IMG/VR virus record: IMGVR_UViG_3300032024_000424
Coordinates: 1-55,711 of that record
DNA: 55,711 nucleotides
Reading direction: 5' to 3' (one strand)
From: a virus
Taxonomy: Duplodnaviria > Caudoviricetes
The notes beneath the pieces are model-generated. The model was not told the origin of the DNA. It saw nothing but the letters and a program-made list of their open reading frames with translations, and searched no databases. How positions within the stretch are numbered: position 1 is the first letter of the stretch; every line of letters begins with the position of its first letter. The translations under genes were made by a program, and so were the position numbers. Positions 12,237 to 21,329 of the stretch are shown one piece after another.

Positions 12237-13127
12237 TCACTCGTCGTCGTCCTCAAATAGGTCCTCCTCGGGGATCGTCAGGAGAACCAGCAAGGTCTGG
12301 GCAGAAGGCACGCCGAAGTAGTGTTCGGAAACCGGTGCTCGGGCTGCCCGGCCGTTGTCAAAGGTCTGGCACCACTCCCGCCCGAGCGATTGGCCATGAT
12401 CGTCCATCAGGCACCCGCTGGCGAACGATTGCCATTTACGCTGGGCCTCGGCCGGCGGACTGCTACCGCGCGGACGGGGGTAGCAGCCGCCTTCGATCAT
12501 CGCCTGCGAGTGGAAGCTAAAGGCGAGGCGTCCCTCCCGAATGCCGACCAGGGCGCACGGGAAGTCGGAAAGCTCCACGCTACGGCGGGCCGTGCTGGTG
12601 ATCGAGGTCCTGAACTCGCTGGCCCAGACTTCGATGTCCGCGAATGACATCTCACCTTCATTGACCAGCGGCCGCAGTAATCTCGATGGCATGAGCAGTC
12701 CGGCAGCGAACGCATCTGCCTCGGTCTCGATGGTTCGGTCGCTGAGGAACTCGCCCTTGGAAGGGTGCGACTTGCCGGTACGCAGCAGGTAGGCGCGGTG
12801 GGCATCAAGGAAGTAGTGCCCCAGTTCGTGCGCGATGGAGAACCGAGTGCGCGGATGGTGATCTCCGTTTGACGATCGGTCGTACTTGGTGTTGTAGAAG
12901 AGCAAGAAGCGATTCTTCGATCGGTGGTACTCCAACTGGCCATCGAACCTATCGCGGAAATCCCCGCCCATCGCGGTGAGCAACGGCTTCTCGCTGACCG
13001 CGACCGCCAGCGGGTCGATGGGGGCGGTGTTCATGCCCAGCGTTGCCAGCACCTCGGCCGCCTGATCAATCGCCTTATCTTGGCGGTTCCTGATCTCCGC
13101 CCATTCCAGTCGTGTCTTCTTGCCCAT
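12237..13127 (-). CDS. ImmA/IrrE-family metallopeptidase
   Basis: RFSIAHELGHY and ETEADAFAAGLLMP. Start uncertain (13127-13145). Confidence 0.9.
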   Translation of the reverse strand: MGKKTRLEWAEIRNRQDKAIDQAAEVLATLGMNTAPIDPLAVAVSEKPLLTAMGGDFRDRFDGQLEYHRSKNRFLLFYNTKYDRSSNGDHHPRTRFSIAHELGHYFLDAHRAYLLRTGKSHPSKGEFLSDRTIETEADAFAAGLLMPSRLLRPLVNEGEMSFADIEVWASEFRTSITSTARRSVELSDFPCALVGIREGRLAFSFHSQAMIEGGCYPRPRGSSPPAEAQRKWQSFASGCLMDDHGQSLGREWCQTFDNGRAARAPVSEHYFGVPSAQTLLVLLTIPEEDLFEDDDE

Positions 13128-13476
13128 CGTCGTGCCCATCCTCAAGCGCCTTGCGGCGTAGTTCTTCTAATAGTTCGTCGGCCTCCGCGTCAGCCTCCCC
13201 CTCGTTGCGATTAAGCTGCAGCACGTCTTCGTCGATGGACTCGCAGTCGAACTCCGGCATGTCGAACTCAGGAGTCGCCGGCGTCCAGTCAGTGAACTCG
13301 CCTGACGTCACACGCCCGACGATGTCTTCGATCTGGTCGTCGGCGAGCTTCTCATCGGGGAGCGACTCGAACTCCTTCTGCGCCTCATCGGGCGTCATCG
13401 GAGCATGGCCGGTGCGCCGGGCCAGGCCCTTCGCGATCTGTCGCCAGAACTTTTCTGATTCGGGGTTCATCGTCAT
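13075..13476 (-). CDS. Acidic hypothetical protein (possible sigma partner)
   Basis: Lies between the sigma-like and ImmA genes in the same operon. Confidence 0.6.
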   Translation of the reverse strand: MTMNPESEKFWRQIAKGLARRTGHAPMTPDEAQKEFESLPDEKLADDQIEDIVGRVTSGEFTDWTPATPEFDMPEFDCESIDEDVLQLNRNEGEADAEADELLEELRRKALEDGHDDGQEDTTGMGGDQEPPR

Positions 13477-13493
13477 CGCCTCTTTCCAGCGGA

Positions 13494-14099
13494 CTAGTCG
13501 GCAAGCTCGTCGACCCGCTTCTTGAGGTTCTCGTGCGCCTTGTTACGTGACACGTAGATACTGCCAATCGTGCTGCCATGGAGTTCCGCCAATCGCTGAG
13601 CGTCCGCCGTGCCGTCCGCAGCCAAGTCTGCCTTTACAATGGCCTTTTGCAGTGGTGGCAGCATCTCGATGGCCTTGAGGACGAGATCCCATTTAGGGTC
13701 GCCGTCGCCAAAGACCTGCGTCTCGTCGCCGTCGTCTTCGCTCGGCGCGGCGGGGTCGTAGTGGTCGTCGTACTCGAGATTCTTCGAGCGGAACGTGTGC
13801 TCCCGGCGCAACACGCTTTGGGCCGCTCTCTGGGTGATGCGGATGCACCAGGAGGAAAGCTGGCCTTTGCTCTCGTCGTACCGGTCGGCGAAGCGCCAGA
13901 TGGCGTGGATCGCCAAGTTGAGCGCCTCGTCTCTTTCGGCCTGCTGCAGGACTTGGCCGTAATGCTTGGTGAGGTAGGCTTTCATGCGTCCACCGTAGCG
14001 CTGCAGAAACAGGCGCAGACCTTCCTGGTCGCCCATGGCCATTGTCAGGGCGATGTCCGCATCAGTCACCGTGGCTTCACCGTCTGCCATCGCGTTCAC
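13494..14099 (-). CDS. ECF-type sigma-70-like factor
   Basis: Region 2-like (GDQEGL..RY, YDESKGQLSSW) and region 4-like (LPPLQK...GSIYVSRNKA). Confidence 0.75.
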   Translation of the reverse strand: MNAMADGEATVTDADIALTMAMGDQEGLRLFLQRYGGRMKAYLTKHYGQVLQQAERDEALNLAIHAIWRFADRYDESKGQLSSWCIRITQRAAQSVLRREHTFRSKNLEYDDHYDPAAPSEDDGDETQVFGDGDPKWDLVLKAIEMLPPLQKAIVKADLAADGTADAQRLAELHGSTIGSIYVSRNKAHENLKKRVDELAD

Positions 14100-14345
14100 C
14101 TTCTGCTGCCGTATTGACTACGCAACCCCCTTAACTGGTGAATCGAAGAATATTTCTGCTGCCCCCGGTTAAGGCGGCGAGCACCGCGCGCGTAATCCCA
14201 ACGAGGCCGGGCCGTTCCCGATTCCTCAAGTCAAGCAATCCGCTGCCAGTGTATCCGCACAAGTGCCGGATGGCTAGCGGGTTAGCGTGTCGCGACCCCT
14301 CCGCACCGCGCCACGATCCAACTGCGGAGCAAGGAGCCCTCAACC

Positions 14346-15530
14346 ATGGCCAAACCGTTCGATCCCCGAAAAGCCCTCAAACAAATCGCCAACCCCTTGC
14401 TCCGCGAGTTTTTCACACGGCGCGGCGAACTCACCGATGTGCCGTGGGATGACCTGAGCGAGCACAAGATCGACGCGATCTTCGAGGCGTGGCAGGCGCT
14501 GCCGGAGCGGCAGAAGGTTGAGGTGCAGGTCATCCTCCGCGACGTCTATGAGCTGGCCGACCATCGCGGGCGGGCGGTGCTCGCCGAGGAAATCCTCTGC
14601 CGATGCCCCGAACGCGCGCAAGAGTTCGAGTCGCAGGCGAGCAAGGCGGACAACGCGATGTGGGTCTACCTACACTTGCCGGAGGCCTTCGACGAGGCGG
14701 CGATGTTTGCCCGCGCCGATGCCTTGGCGGCTGGGCGGTATTGGAACCGCCGCAACAGCCTGCCGAAGAAGGCCCTGGTCGTTGACCAGCAGATGTGCAA
14801 CCGTTTGGCGGAGGGGCTGACCTCGTACTACGGGCCGACGCAGATGCGGGGCCGGTACTGCCACATCGTGCATTACCAGCGCTCGGGCGGGGGCGACTAT
14901 TTCTTCGCCTACCTTGATGACTATCCCGACAAGCACCTGGTCTTCGACGGCAACAGCGATCAGCCCATCGTGCGTGCGGACCGCTACGCATTCGAGAACG
15001 TCTTCGTCTACAACGAAAGCGACGGGTCGATGGAGCTGTACGCCCAAGGCGGCAAGAAACTGTGGGAGCCGCTGCAGACCGCGTTCTGCGAGGCGGTGCT
15101 GGATGAGCAGATCGATCCGGCTGATCCCATGCGGCCAGCGTACCAACTCGACCATCTGCTCGCGCCCGACTTCCCGCTGCCCACTGATCCGGCCGATCGC
15201 GTGGACGAAGCGCGTATCACGCTGCTCCGTATCGCTCCGCCCGGCTGCGGCGGATACATCGAGATCAAGGCCGACCTCAAAGGGCATCGCAACGACATCT
15301 ATCGCAAGATCGAACGATGGCTCAAGGCCGGCGTCGCGGTCGAAGGGGCGCGTGTCGTCAAAGCTTCCTTCCTCCTGAAGTTCCAGGGCAACGGACACGG
15401 CCGCCAGCCGACGATGCCCTTCGATGTGACCCCCAACTCAAGCAACCTCAAGAGCAAACCCGACGAGCAGCGTGAAGTTGCCGATCGCTGCCTGAAGGTG
15501 TGGAAGGTGGTGGAAGATGACGAGCAGTGA
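14346..15530 (+). CDS. Conserved hypothetical protein
   Basis: 394 aa ORF with AAGGAG RBS; first gene of the divergent operon. Confidence 0.75.
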   Translation: MAKPFDPRKALKQIANPLLREFFTRRGELTDVPWDDLSEHKIDAIFEAWQALPERQKVEVQVILRDVYELADHRGRAVLAEEILCRCPERAQEFESQASKADNAMWVYLHLPEAFDEAAMFARADALAAGRYWNRRNSLPKKALVVDQQMCNRLAEGLTSYYGPTQMRGRYCHIVHYQRSGGGDYFFAYLDDYPDKHLVFDGNSDQPIVRADRYAFENVFVYNESDGSMELYAQGGKKLWEPLQTAFCEAVLDEQIDPADPMRPAYQLDHLLAPDFPLPTDPADRVDEARITLLRIAPPGCGGYIEIKADLKGHRNDIYRKIERWLKAGVAVEGARVVKASFLLKFQGNGHGRQPTMPFDVTPNSSNLKSKPDEQREVADRCLKVWKVVEDDEQ

Positions 15531-16488
15531 TGTGTTCCAGGTGCTGCTGAACGCGCTCGACGACGTCGGGCGCGTATTCGATTACGATGACACCTCCCGC
15601 TGGCCACCGGGCGAGTTGGAGGCTTTGAAACAACTCGGGCTGGTGCGTCAGGCCACCGGCGGACTCCACGCACCATGCCCGAACTGCCACGAAGCGCACA
15701 TCGAACCTGTCACGATCCGGCAGGCCACAGATGGCACGCTGCGGTACTTCATCAGATGCCCGGAGTCGATGCGAGTCGAAGTAACCGCCGAGATGTGCAT
15801 CGGGTGGCAGGCCGACGGCGACGGTCTGGCAAAGGCCATATCCGCCGCCATGGACCTGAAGTCCGTGCCGAAGCCGATGGTCCCTGGGCGGCTCTGGCGA
15901 CTGGGCCGCACGCCGTGGAAAAAGGCAACGCGCGAGGTGGTGTTGGCGACCCGTCTGCACGACGCCGACGCGGCATCGGTCACAGCCCATCTCGGGCCAG
16001 GCGGACGCGCCATTGTGTTCGTGCCAAGCGAAGCGCCGGACGTACGCATCTGGCCCGGCCATGTGCCGGCGGTTGTCGCACTGTCGCGGGTCGCGACACT
16101 CACGCCGCAGGGCATCCAACTGGACGTGGCGGCAATCAGTAAGATTGTCAGCGACGCCGACGCCCTTGCCGAGACCCGTTCGGCGCTGCCCGTTGATCCT
16201 GACGTGAAGAAGCAGACGGTCCGACGGCAAGTTGCGGCACAACTGCAGTCGAAGGACTGGGACGACGCCCTGGTTGCGGCCTACAAGCAGCTTGGTTCGT
16301 ACCGCAAGGCGGCGACTGCGTTGACGGAGCAGACCGGGGAATCAATCACCAAGGACAAGGTCCGTCGCGCCGTCGAGCGGCGTGGCGGCATCGCCGAGGT
16401 CATGTCCGACTCAGACTCTCCCTCGGTCGCCCGAACTGTCGCGTCGCACCGCCGCGACAGGGCAAAAAAAGTTCTCGAACGTCGATAG
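15517..16488 (+). CDS. Hypothetical protein with CxxC and possible C-terminal HTH
   Basis: CPNC...RCPE; overlaps the upstream gene. Confidence 0.7.
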   Translation: MTSSDVFQVLLNALDDVGRVFDYDDTSRWPPGELEALKQLGLVRQATGGLHAPCPNCHEAHIEPVTIRQATDGTLRYFIRCPESMRVEVTAEMCIGWQADGDGLAKAISAAMDLKSVPKPMVPGRLWRLGRTPWKKATREVVLATRLHDADAASVTAHLGPGGRAIVFVPSEAPDVRIWPGHVPAVVALSRVATLTPQGIQLDVAAISKIVSDADALAETRSALPVDPDVKKQTVRRQVAAQLQSKDWDDALVAAYKQLGSYRKAATALTEQTGESITKDKVRRAVERRGGIAEVMSDSDSPSVARTVASHRRDRAKKVLERR

Positions 16489-16710
16489 TCCAGCATTTTC
16501 AATCACTTAGCACATGTCAGGCGGGCCGCGTGTCCACCTTTTTCATGCGCCAGCTGCGACAGCGGGGCCCACGGTCGAGGCCGGATCGGCTCAACACCGA
16601 TCAGCCCCGACCGCACCTGTGTATCCACGCGACGCGTTGTCGCGGCACAGACCTTCGATCGTGCGTGAGGGCGCTGATTCGGGAGCAAATCGACCGGCCT
16701 CGAGGTAACC

Positions 16711-17292
16711 ATGGCCTCGAGCCACTTCATCGTTTCGGACCCGTTCACCGCGACCCTCATCCGCGTCAAGGCCAAACAGCTCTGCCGTCGCTCCGACTTC
16801 TCCAAGTCGGACTACGACGAACTGCGTCAGGGCATGCGTCTTTACCTTTTGGAGAAGGCGCACCTGTTCGATCCCGAGCGCGGCAACCTTGAGGCATTCG
16901 TCACCAACGCCATCAAGACCTGGGTGGCCATGCAGCTGCGCTACCGCACCTGCGGCAAGCGGTGCCAAGACCTTACCGCGGTGTCGCTGGAAGGCACCAC
17001 CGTAGAGCACGAGGGCAACCTCACCAGCCTCGTCAGCGTGCTGCTGGCGGAGGACGGTCATCGGACCACCCAGTCCTACCCCAAGTCCGAAATCGAGCAG
17101 TTCGAGCTGCGCGAAGCGATCGCCCATGTGATGGCTCAGCTCGATCCGGACGACCGCGACCTCCTGATCAGTGTGGCTCAGAACGGTCTGAAGGCTACGG
17201 CGCGCCAGCTCGGGGTGTCGTGGCGGCAGGTGACCAACGCGCTCAATCGCATGCGTGGCATCTTCGAAAAGGCCGGCCTCGGCCCCAACTAA
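16711..17292 (+). CDS. Sigma-70-like phage regulator
   Basis: DELRQ..L..FDPERG..FV; C-terminal HTH (ARQLGVS). Confidence 0.75.
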   Translation: MASSHFIVSDPFTATLIRVKAKQLCRRSDFSKSDYDELRQGMRLYLLEKAHLFDPERGNLEAFVTNAIKTWVAMQLRYRTCGKRCQDLTAVSLEGTTVEHEGNLTSLVSVLLAEDGHRTTQSYPKSEIEQFELREAIAHVMAQLDPDDRDLLISVAQNGLKATARQLGVSWRQVTNALNRMRGIFEKAGLGPN

Positions 17293-17343
17293 TCGGGACG
17301 GGTGATCCTCTTCGGCATAGGTAACCAAAGAACACGACGCGTT

Positions 17344-17387
17344 CCCCACGAGGGCTCAGCCGGCCGAGCCGCGCGGCCCTCGTGGGG
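17344..17387 (+). promoter_or_regulatory. Strong hairpin upstream of the exonuclease gene
   Basis: CCCCACGAGGGC ... GCCCTCGTGGGG, a 12-bp perfect inverted repeat. Confidence 0.55.
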
Positions 17388-17416
17388 CGGCGGGAACTAT
17401 CCACACGAAAGGCATC

Positions 17417-18223
17417 ATGGAACTGACCATCGACCTCAATGTCCTCACGGCGGAACCCGCCGACACCTACCACGCCAAGGCCAGCCAGTACCTGTCCAGC
17501 CATCAATTGCTGGACTTCATGGCCTGCCCGTGGCTCTACCGCAAGAAACAGCTCGGGCTGCTGCCCGACACGGACTCGCCGGCGCTTCTGATCGGCCGCG
17601 CTGCGCACAGCCGCATCCTCGAGGGCCGCGACGCCTACGAGGCGCAGTTCGCCCTCGGCGGCCCGATCAATAAGTCCACCGGCAGGCCATTTGGCAAGGA
17701 CACACAAGCCTTCCGGGGGTGGTGCAAGGCGCAGGGCAAGCCGGGCGTCCACCACGACGACCTGGCGCTGATCGAAAATATGGCCAGCGGCGTGGCGATG
17801 AACAGCGAGGCGGTGGACCTGCTGCTCTACGGCCGCTCCGAGGGCGTGGTCCGCACGGACTACTGCGGCGTGCCGAGCCAGGTCCGATTGGACTGGGTGC
17901 ATCCGCACCGGGGCATCATCGATCTGAAAACCGTTTCAAATCTCGACGCGTTTCCCTACGAGGCCAAACGCTGGCGATACCACAACCAGTTGGCGTTTTA
18001 TCAAGCGGTGCTCGCCGAGGTAATTGGGCAATTCGTTCCCGTCTATTTGATCGCCATCGAGAAATCCGAGCCGTATCGCGCCGGCATGTGGCGACTCGGC
18101 GACCAGACGCTGGCGTCAGCACGCCGCGAGAACGAGGCGGCGATCGAACGGCTCAAGCACGCGTGGGCGAAAGATGAGTTCCCCACCGGCTACGAAAGCA
18201 TCAGGACATTGGAGATCGCATAG
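17417..18223 (+). CDS. PD-(D/E)XK exonuclease (DUF3799, RecE/ExoVIII-like)
   Basis: YHA..LSS, GRAAH, SE, RLD, IDLKT, YHNQLAFY. Confidence 0.85.
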   Translation: MELTIDLNVLTAEPADTYHAKASQYLSSHQLLDFMACPWLYRKKQLGLLPDTDSPALLIGRAAHSRILEGRDAYEAQFALGGPINKSTGRPFGKDTQAFRGWCKAQGKPGVHHDDLALIENMASGVAMNSEAVDLLLYGRSEGVVRTDYCGVPSQVRLDWVHPHRGIIDLKTVSNLDAFPYEAKRWRYHNQLAFYQAVLAEVIGQFVPVYLIAIEKSEPYRAGMWRLGDQTLASARRENEAAIERLKHAWAKDEFPTGYESIRTLEIA

Positions 18224-18224
18224 A

Positions 18225-18309
18225 GGCGCGGTGTGGCGAGTCAAGGTATGGCGAGGTCCGGCTTGGTCGGGCTGGGTGGGGCGTGGTTGGGCAAGGCATG
18301 GCATGGTCT
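18225..18309 (+). ncRNA. GGY-NN pentamer array 1 (putative VIPR-type guide RNA)
   Basis: 17 in-register pentamers (16 GGC/GGT, one GTC). NN = GC GT GA AA AT GA CC TT CG TG GG GT TG AA AT AT CT. Confidence 0.85.
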
Positions 18310-18326
18310 TTTTCAAAGGAATCAAA

Positions 18327-18962
18327 ATGATAACGACAGCGACCCCCGGAAAACAAACAGCCGTCGGGCCTGAAGCGACCAACGGCGCGGCTGGCGCCAT
18401 CGAGGCGGGCATTCCCTACATCGTCGATGTATTGATCGAAGGTGTCGCTGACCTGCTGTTCCACCGGTGGAATTGTGAAGCGGTGGCGGAGAAGGCCAAC
18501 GCCGCCAAGGGCAGCGCGGCCAAAAAGCGCGACGACATCGAATCGTACCTATACCGCAACGACGCGGGTGAAATCTGCCTGCCGGGCGAGTACGTGCGGC
18601 AGGCGGTCATCGGCGCGGCCAAATATCGCCAGGACCCGCGCAGCCCCCGCAAGAGCGCCACCGACCTGTTCAAGGCGGCGATTGTGTCGCTGACGCCCCT
18701 GGTGGGTCTGGGGATCGAATCACATCATTATGAACATCGGTGCCGCGTAACCGTCCAGCGCAGCGGCATCACGCGGATCCGGCCCGCGATCAAGAGCGGC
18801 TGGAGGGCGGAGATGTCGTTTCTGGTGAACCTGCCGGAATACATCGCGCCACAGATGCTGCACGAAGTGCTGACACAAGCCGGCCAATTGATCGGTGTGG
18901 GAGACTTCCGCCCGACCTACGGCCGCTTCCAGGTCCGCCGATTTGAAGTACGGCCAACGTAA
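18327..18962 (+). CDS. Cas7/RAMP-like protein 1 (Vipr-like)
   Basis: 211 aa; DLLFH, YRN..EICLPGE, RIRP, C-terminal G-loop AGQLIGVGDFRPTYGRF. AAGGA RBS directly after array 1. Confidence 0.8.
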   Translation: MITTATPGKQTAVGPEATNGAAGAIEAGIPYIVDVLIEGVADLLFHRWNCEAVAEKANAAKGSAAKKRDDIESYLYRNDAGEICLPGEYVRQAVIGAAKYRQDPRSPRKSATDLFKAAIVSLTPLVGLGIESHHYEHRCRVTVQRSGITRIRPAIKSGWRAEMSFLVNLPEYIAPQMLHEVLTQAGQLIGVGDFRPTYGRFQVRRFEVRPT

Positions 18963-18971
18963 CACTTCTCT

Positions 18972-19090
18972 GCGCCCGGGCGGGCCCCTCGTTCTGAAGG
19001 GGTAGGAAGCAGTCGTGCCGCAACGGCATGGATGCCTTATCAGGTTCCCCGGATGGAAGGCGGCTCTTCTTGCTTTGGCCGCCCGGGCGC
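18972..19090 (+). other. Structured intergenic element
   Basis: GCGCCCGGGCGG / CCGCCCGGGCGC closing stem with internal hairpins (TGCCGCAACGGCA; CCCCT...AGGGG). Confidence 0.5.
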
Positions 19091-19159
19091 TTCTTTTAGA
19101 TGTCGAGATAAGCAACAACGGACCGTGACGCGAACCCAAACAACCGAGAGGCACGACGC

Positions 19160-19978
19160 ATGACCCTGATGAACTCACTGATCAAGTCCACCACGCCCGC
19201 GCCGCCTAAGTTGATCGTCTACGGCCAGCCCGGCGTCGGCAAGACGACCTTCGCCGCGTCGGCCGGTGCGATCTTGCTGGACTGCGAGAACGGCGCCGGC
19301 GCTGTGCCCGGCCTGACCCGGACGCCGTACCTCGAGACCTGGCCGCAGATGCGCCAGTGGCTGGTCGAACTCGCCTCCGATCCGCCGCAGGGATTCTCGG
19401 CGCTGGCCATCGACACGATCGACTGGATGGTCCAGCGGATCGTCGAGCACGTGGTGCTGGAACTGGACGGTAAAGCGCGGGGCGACATCACCAACACGCT
19501 GGGCACCGCGCACGGCGGGTACTTCAAGGCCCGAGAGATCGTTCAGAACATCGTCTACCGCGACCTGCTGCCCATGCTCAACGCCGTGGCCGGCCGGGGC
19601 GCGGCCGTCATCCTGCTGGCCCACGCGGCCAACACGAAGCTGACCACGCCCGAGGGCTTCGACCAGCGCCTCGCCTCGCCGGACATCCCGCACTGGATCG
19701 CGCCACCCTTCATCGAATGGGCCGATGGCGTGTTGTACGCCTGTGCCGAAAAGGATCGGCGCGTGCTGAAGACCCAGGGCACCAACGTGATCCTGGCCAA
19801 GAACCGCTACAGCCTGCCCCCGGAAGTGCCGTTGTCCTGGCCCGCGCTGGTAGAGGGCATGAACTTCCCCACGAGCCCGACAAAACCAACCCCGCCCAAA
19901 CCTGAACCTACCCAGAACACCGAACCGCCGGCCGTCGTCGGCTTCGTCGGTCCCAACTCAACCAACCAGGAGAATTGA
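19160..19978 (+). CDS. AAA_24 / Sak4-like ATPase
   Basis: YGQPGVGKTT, IDTIDW, LAH, EWAD, AKNRY. Confidence 0.9.
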   Translation: MTLMNSLIKSTTPAPPKLIVYGQPGVGKTTFAASAGAILLDCENGAGAVPGLTRTPYLETWPQMRQWLVELASDPPQGFSALAIDTIDWMVQRIVEHVVLELDGKARGDITNTLGTAHGGYFKAREIVQNIVYRDLLPMLNAVAGRGAAVILLAHAANTKLTTPEGFDQRLASPDIPHWIAPPFIEWADGVLYACAEKDRRVLKTQGTNVILAKNRYSLPPEVPLSWPALVEGMNFPTSPTKPTPPKPEPTQNTEPPAVVGFVGPNSTNQEN

Positions 19979-19981
19979 TCC

Positions 19982-20443
19982 ATGGCCCATCTAAACGGCT
20001 TTGACGCGACCCAGGTGGAGCCCACAACCCCGTTCGAGCCGCTGCCGGCCGGGAAGTACGTAGCCTGCATCACGGCCAGCGAGATGAAAGCCACCAAGCA
20101 GGGAGACGGCAGCTATTTGCAGCTTGAACTCACCGTGCTCGAGGGCGAGTACAAGGGCCGCAAGGTATGGGACCGGCTGTGTCTGAACCACAGTAATCCC
20201 AAGGCGGTGCAGATCGCGCGGGGTACGTTGTCGGCGCTGTGCAGAAGCATCGGCGTTCTTCAACCTCGAGATTCGGCGGAGTTACACAACGTACCGCTGA
20301 TTGTCTCGGTTAAGTGCAAGAAGCGTAACGACACCCAGGAGATCGCTAACGAAATTGGTGGTTATGAATCGAAGTCCGCTGCGGTGCCGGACGCTTCCCG
20401 CCAGGCACCGGTGAACAATCAGACACCGCCCTGGAAACGCTGA
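19982..20443 (+). CDS. DUF669 phage ssDNA-binding protein
   Basis: FEPLPAGKY, GEYKGRKVWDRL, C-terminal PPWKR. Confidence 0.85.
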   Translation: MAHLNGFDATQVEPTTPFEPLPAGKYVACITASEMKATKQGDGSYLQLELTVLEGEYKGRKVWDRLCLNHSNPKAVQIARGTLSALCRSIGVLQPRDSAELHNVPLIVSVKCKKRNDTQEIANEIGGYESKSAAVPDASRQAPVNNQTPPWKR

Positions 20444-20497
20444 TTATCACCGATAAACAATCGTCGTGACTTGTTACAGCAGCGCGCGTTAAAGACT

Positions 20498-20600
20498 GGC
20501 TCGGCGCGGCATGGCTGGCCCAGGCGCGGTGTGGCGGGGTGTGGCATGGCCAGGCCCGGCAAGGCATGGCGCCCGCGCCGGTGGAAACACGGGCGCGGGC
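20498..20600 (+). ncRNA. GGY-NN pentamer array 2 with 3' GAAA hairpin (putative guide RNA)
   Basis: 15 pentamers (one GCC variant). NN = TC GC AT TG CA GC GT GG GT AT CA CC AA AT GC. Followed by GCCCGCGCCGGTG-GAAA-CACGGGCGCGGGC (20571-20600). Confidence 0.85.
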
Positions 20601-20629
20601 CATTCGGGAACCTCTACAGAGGCATCAGC

Positions 20630-21247
20630 ATGAACAAGCCAACCGCGATCGGCCCGGCAGTCACGAATGGGGCCGCGACCGCAATCGAATCCTCTTTACC
20701 CTACCGCATCGCAGTCACTATCCGCGGCGATTCGGACCTGCTGTTCCACCGCTGGAACTGCGAGGCGGTCGCGGCCAAGGCCAAGGCGGCCAAGGGCTCG
20801 GCGGCCAAGAAGACGGACGACGTCGAGTCCTATGTGTACCGCAACGACGACGGCGAACTGTGCATCCCGGGCGAGTACCTGCGTCAGGCGATCATCGGCA
20901 CCGCTAAGTTCCGCCAGGACCCTCGCTCGGCACGCAAGTCGGCCCAGGACCTGGTCAAGGCAGCTGTGATCAGCCTGACGCCGCTGGCGAGTTTGGGCGT
21001 CCGAGACTGGGACTACGAACACCGCTGCCGGGTCCAGGTGCAGCGCGCCGGTGTGACCCGCGTGCGGCCCGCGATCGCGGCCGGCTGGTCAGCCAGTTTC
21101 GTCTTCCTGGTCAATCTGCCCGAGTACGTGTCGCCGCAGATGCTCCACGGCCTGATCAGTGACGCGGGCAGGCTCGTCGGGATCGCGGACTTTCGTCCGA
21201 CCTACGGGCGATTCCAACTTACATGTTTCGAGATGCTCACCGACTGA
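20630..21247 (+). CDS. Cas7/RAMP-like protein 2 (Vipr-like)
   Basis: 205 aa paralog of 18327-18962; shares DLLFHRWNCEAVA, RQDPRS, YEHRCRV, DFRPTYGRFQ. Confidence 0.8.
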   Translation: MNKPTAIGPAVTNGAATAIESSLPYRIAVTIRGDSDLLFHRWNCEAVAAKAKAAKGSAAKKTDDVESYVYRNDDGELCIPGEYLRQAIIGTAKFRQDPRSARKSAQDLVKAAVISLTPLASLGVRDWDYEHRCRVQVQRAGVTRVRPAIAAGWSASFVFLVNLPEYVSPQMLHGLISDAGRLVGIADFRPTYGRFQLTCFEMLTD

Positions 21248-21248
21248 A

Positions 21249-21290
21249 CCCGACGCTACCACTGACAACACGCCGCCCTGGAAGCGCTGA
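21249..21290 (+). repeat. Orphan duplicate of the DUF669 gene 3' end
   Basis: Encodes PDATTDNTPPWKR*; ACGCCGCCCTGGAAGCGCTGA versus ACACCGCCCTGGAAACGCTGA at 20423-20443. Confidence 0.8.
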
Positions 21291-21329
21291 TCCACTTCCT
21301 CAGCTTCAAACACCACAAAGGACCCACCC

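Noticed and set aside
14293-14313. Short minus-strand GGCGC GGTGC GGAGG GGTCG run
   Set aside because: Only four units, one imperfect; plausible by chance at this GC content.
18174-18326. Trp/Arg/Gly-rich N-terminal ORF extensions (also 20471-20629 and 27785-27922)
   Set aside because: These are read-through of the arrays; RBS-supported starts lie at 18327, 20630 and 27923.
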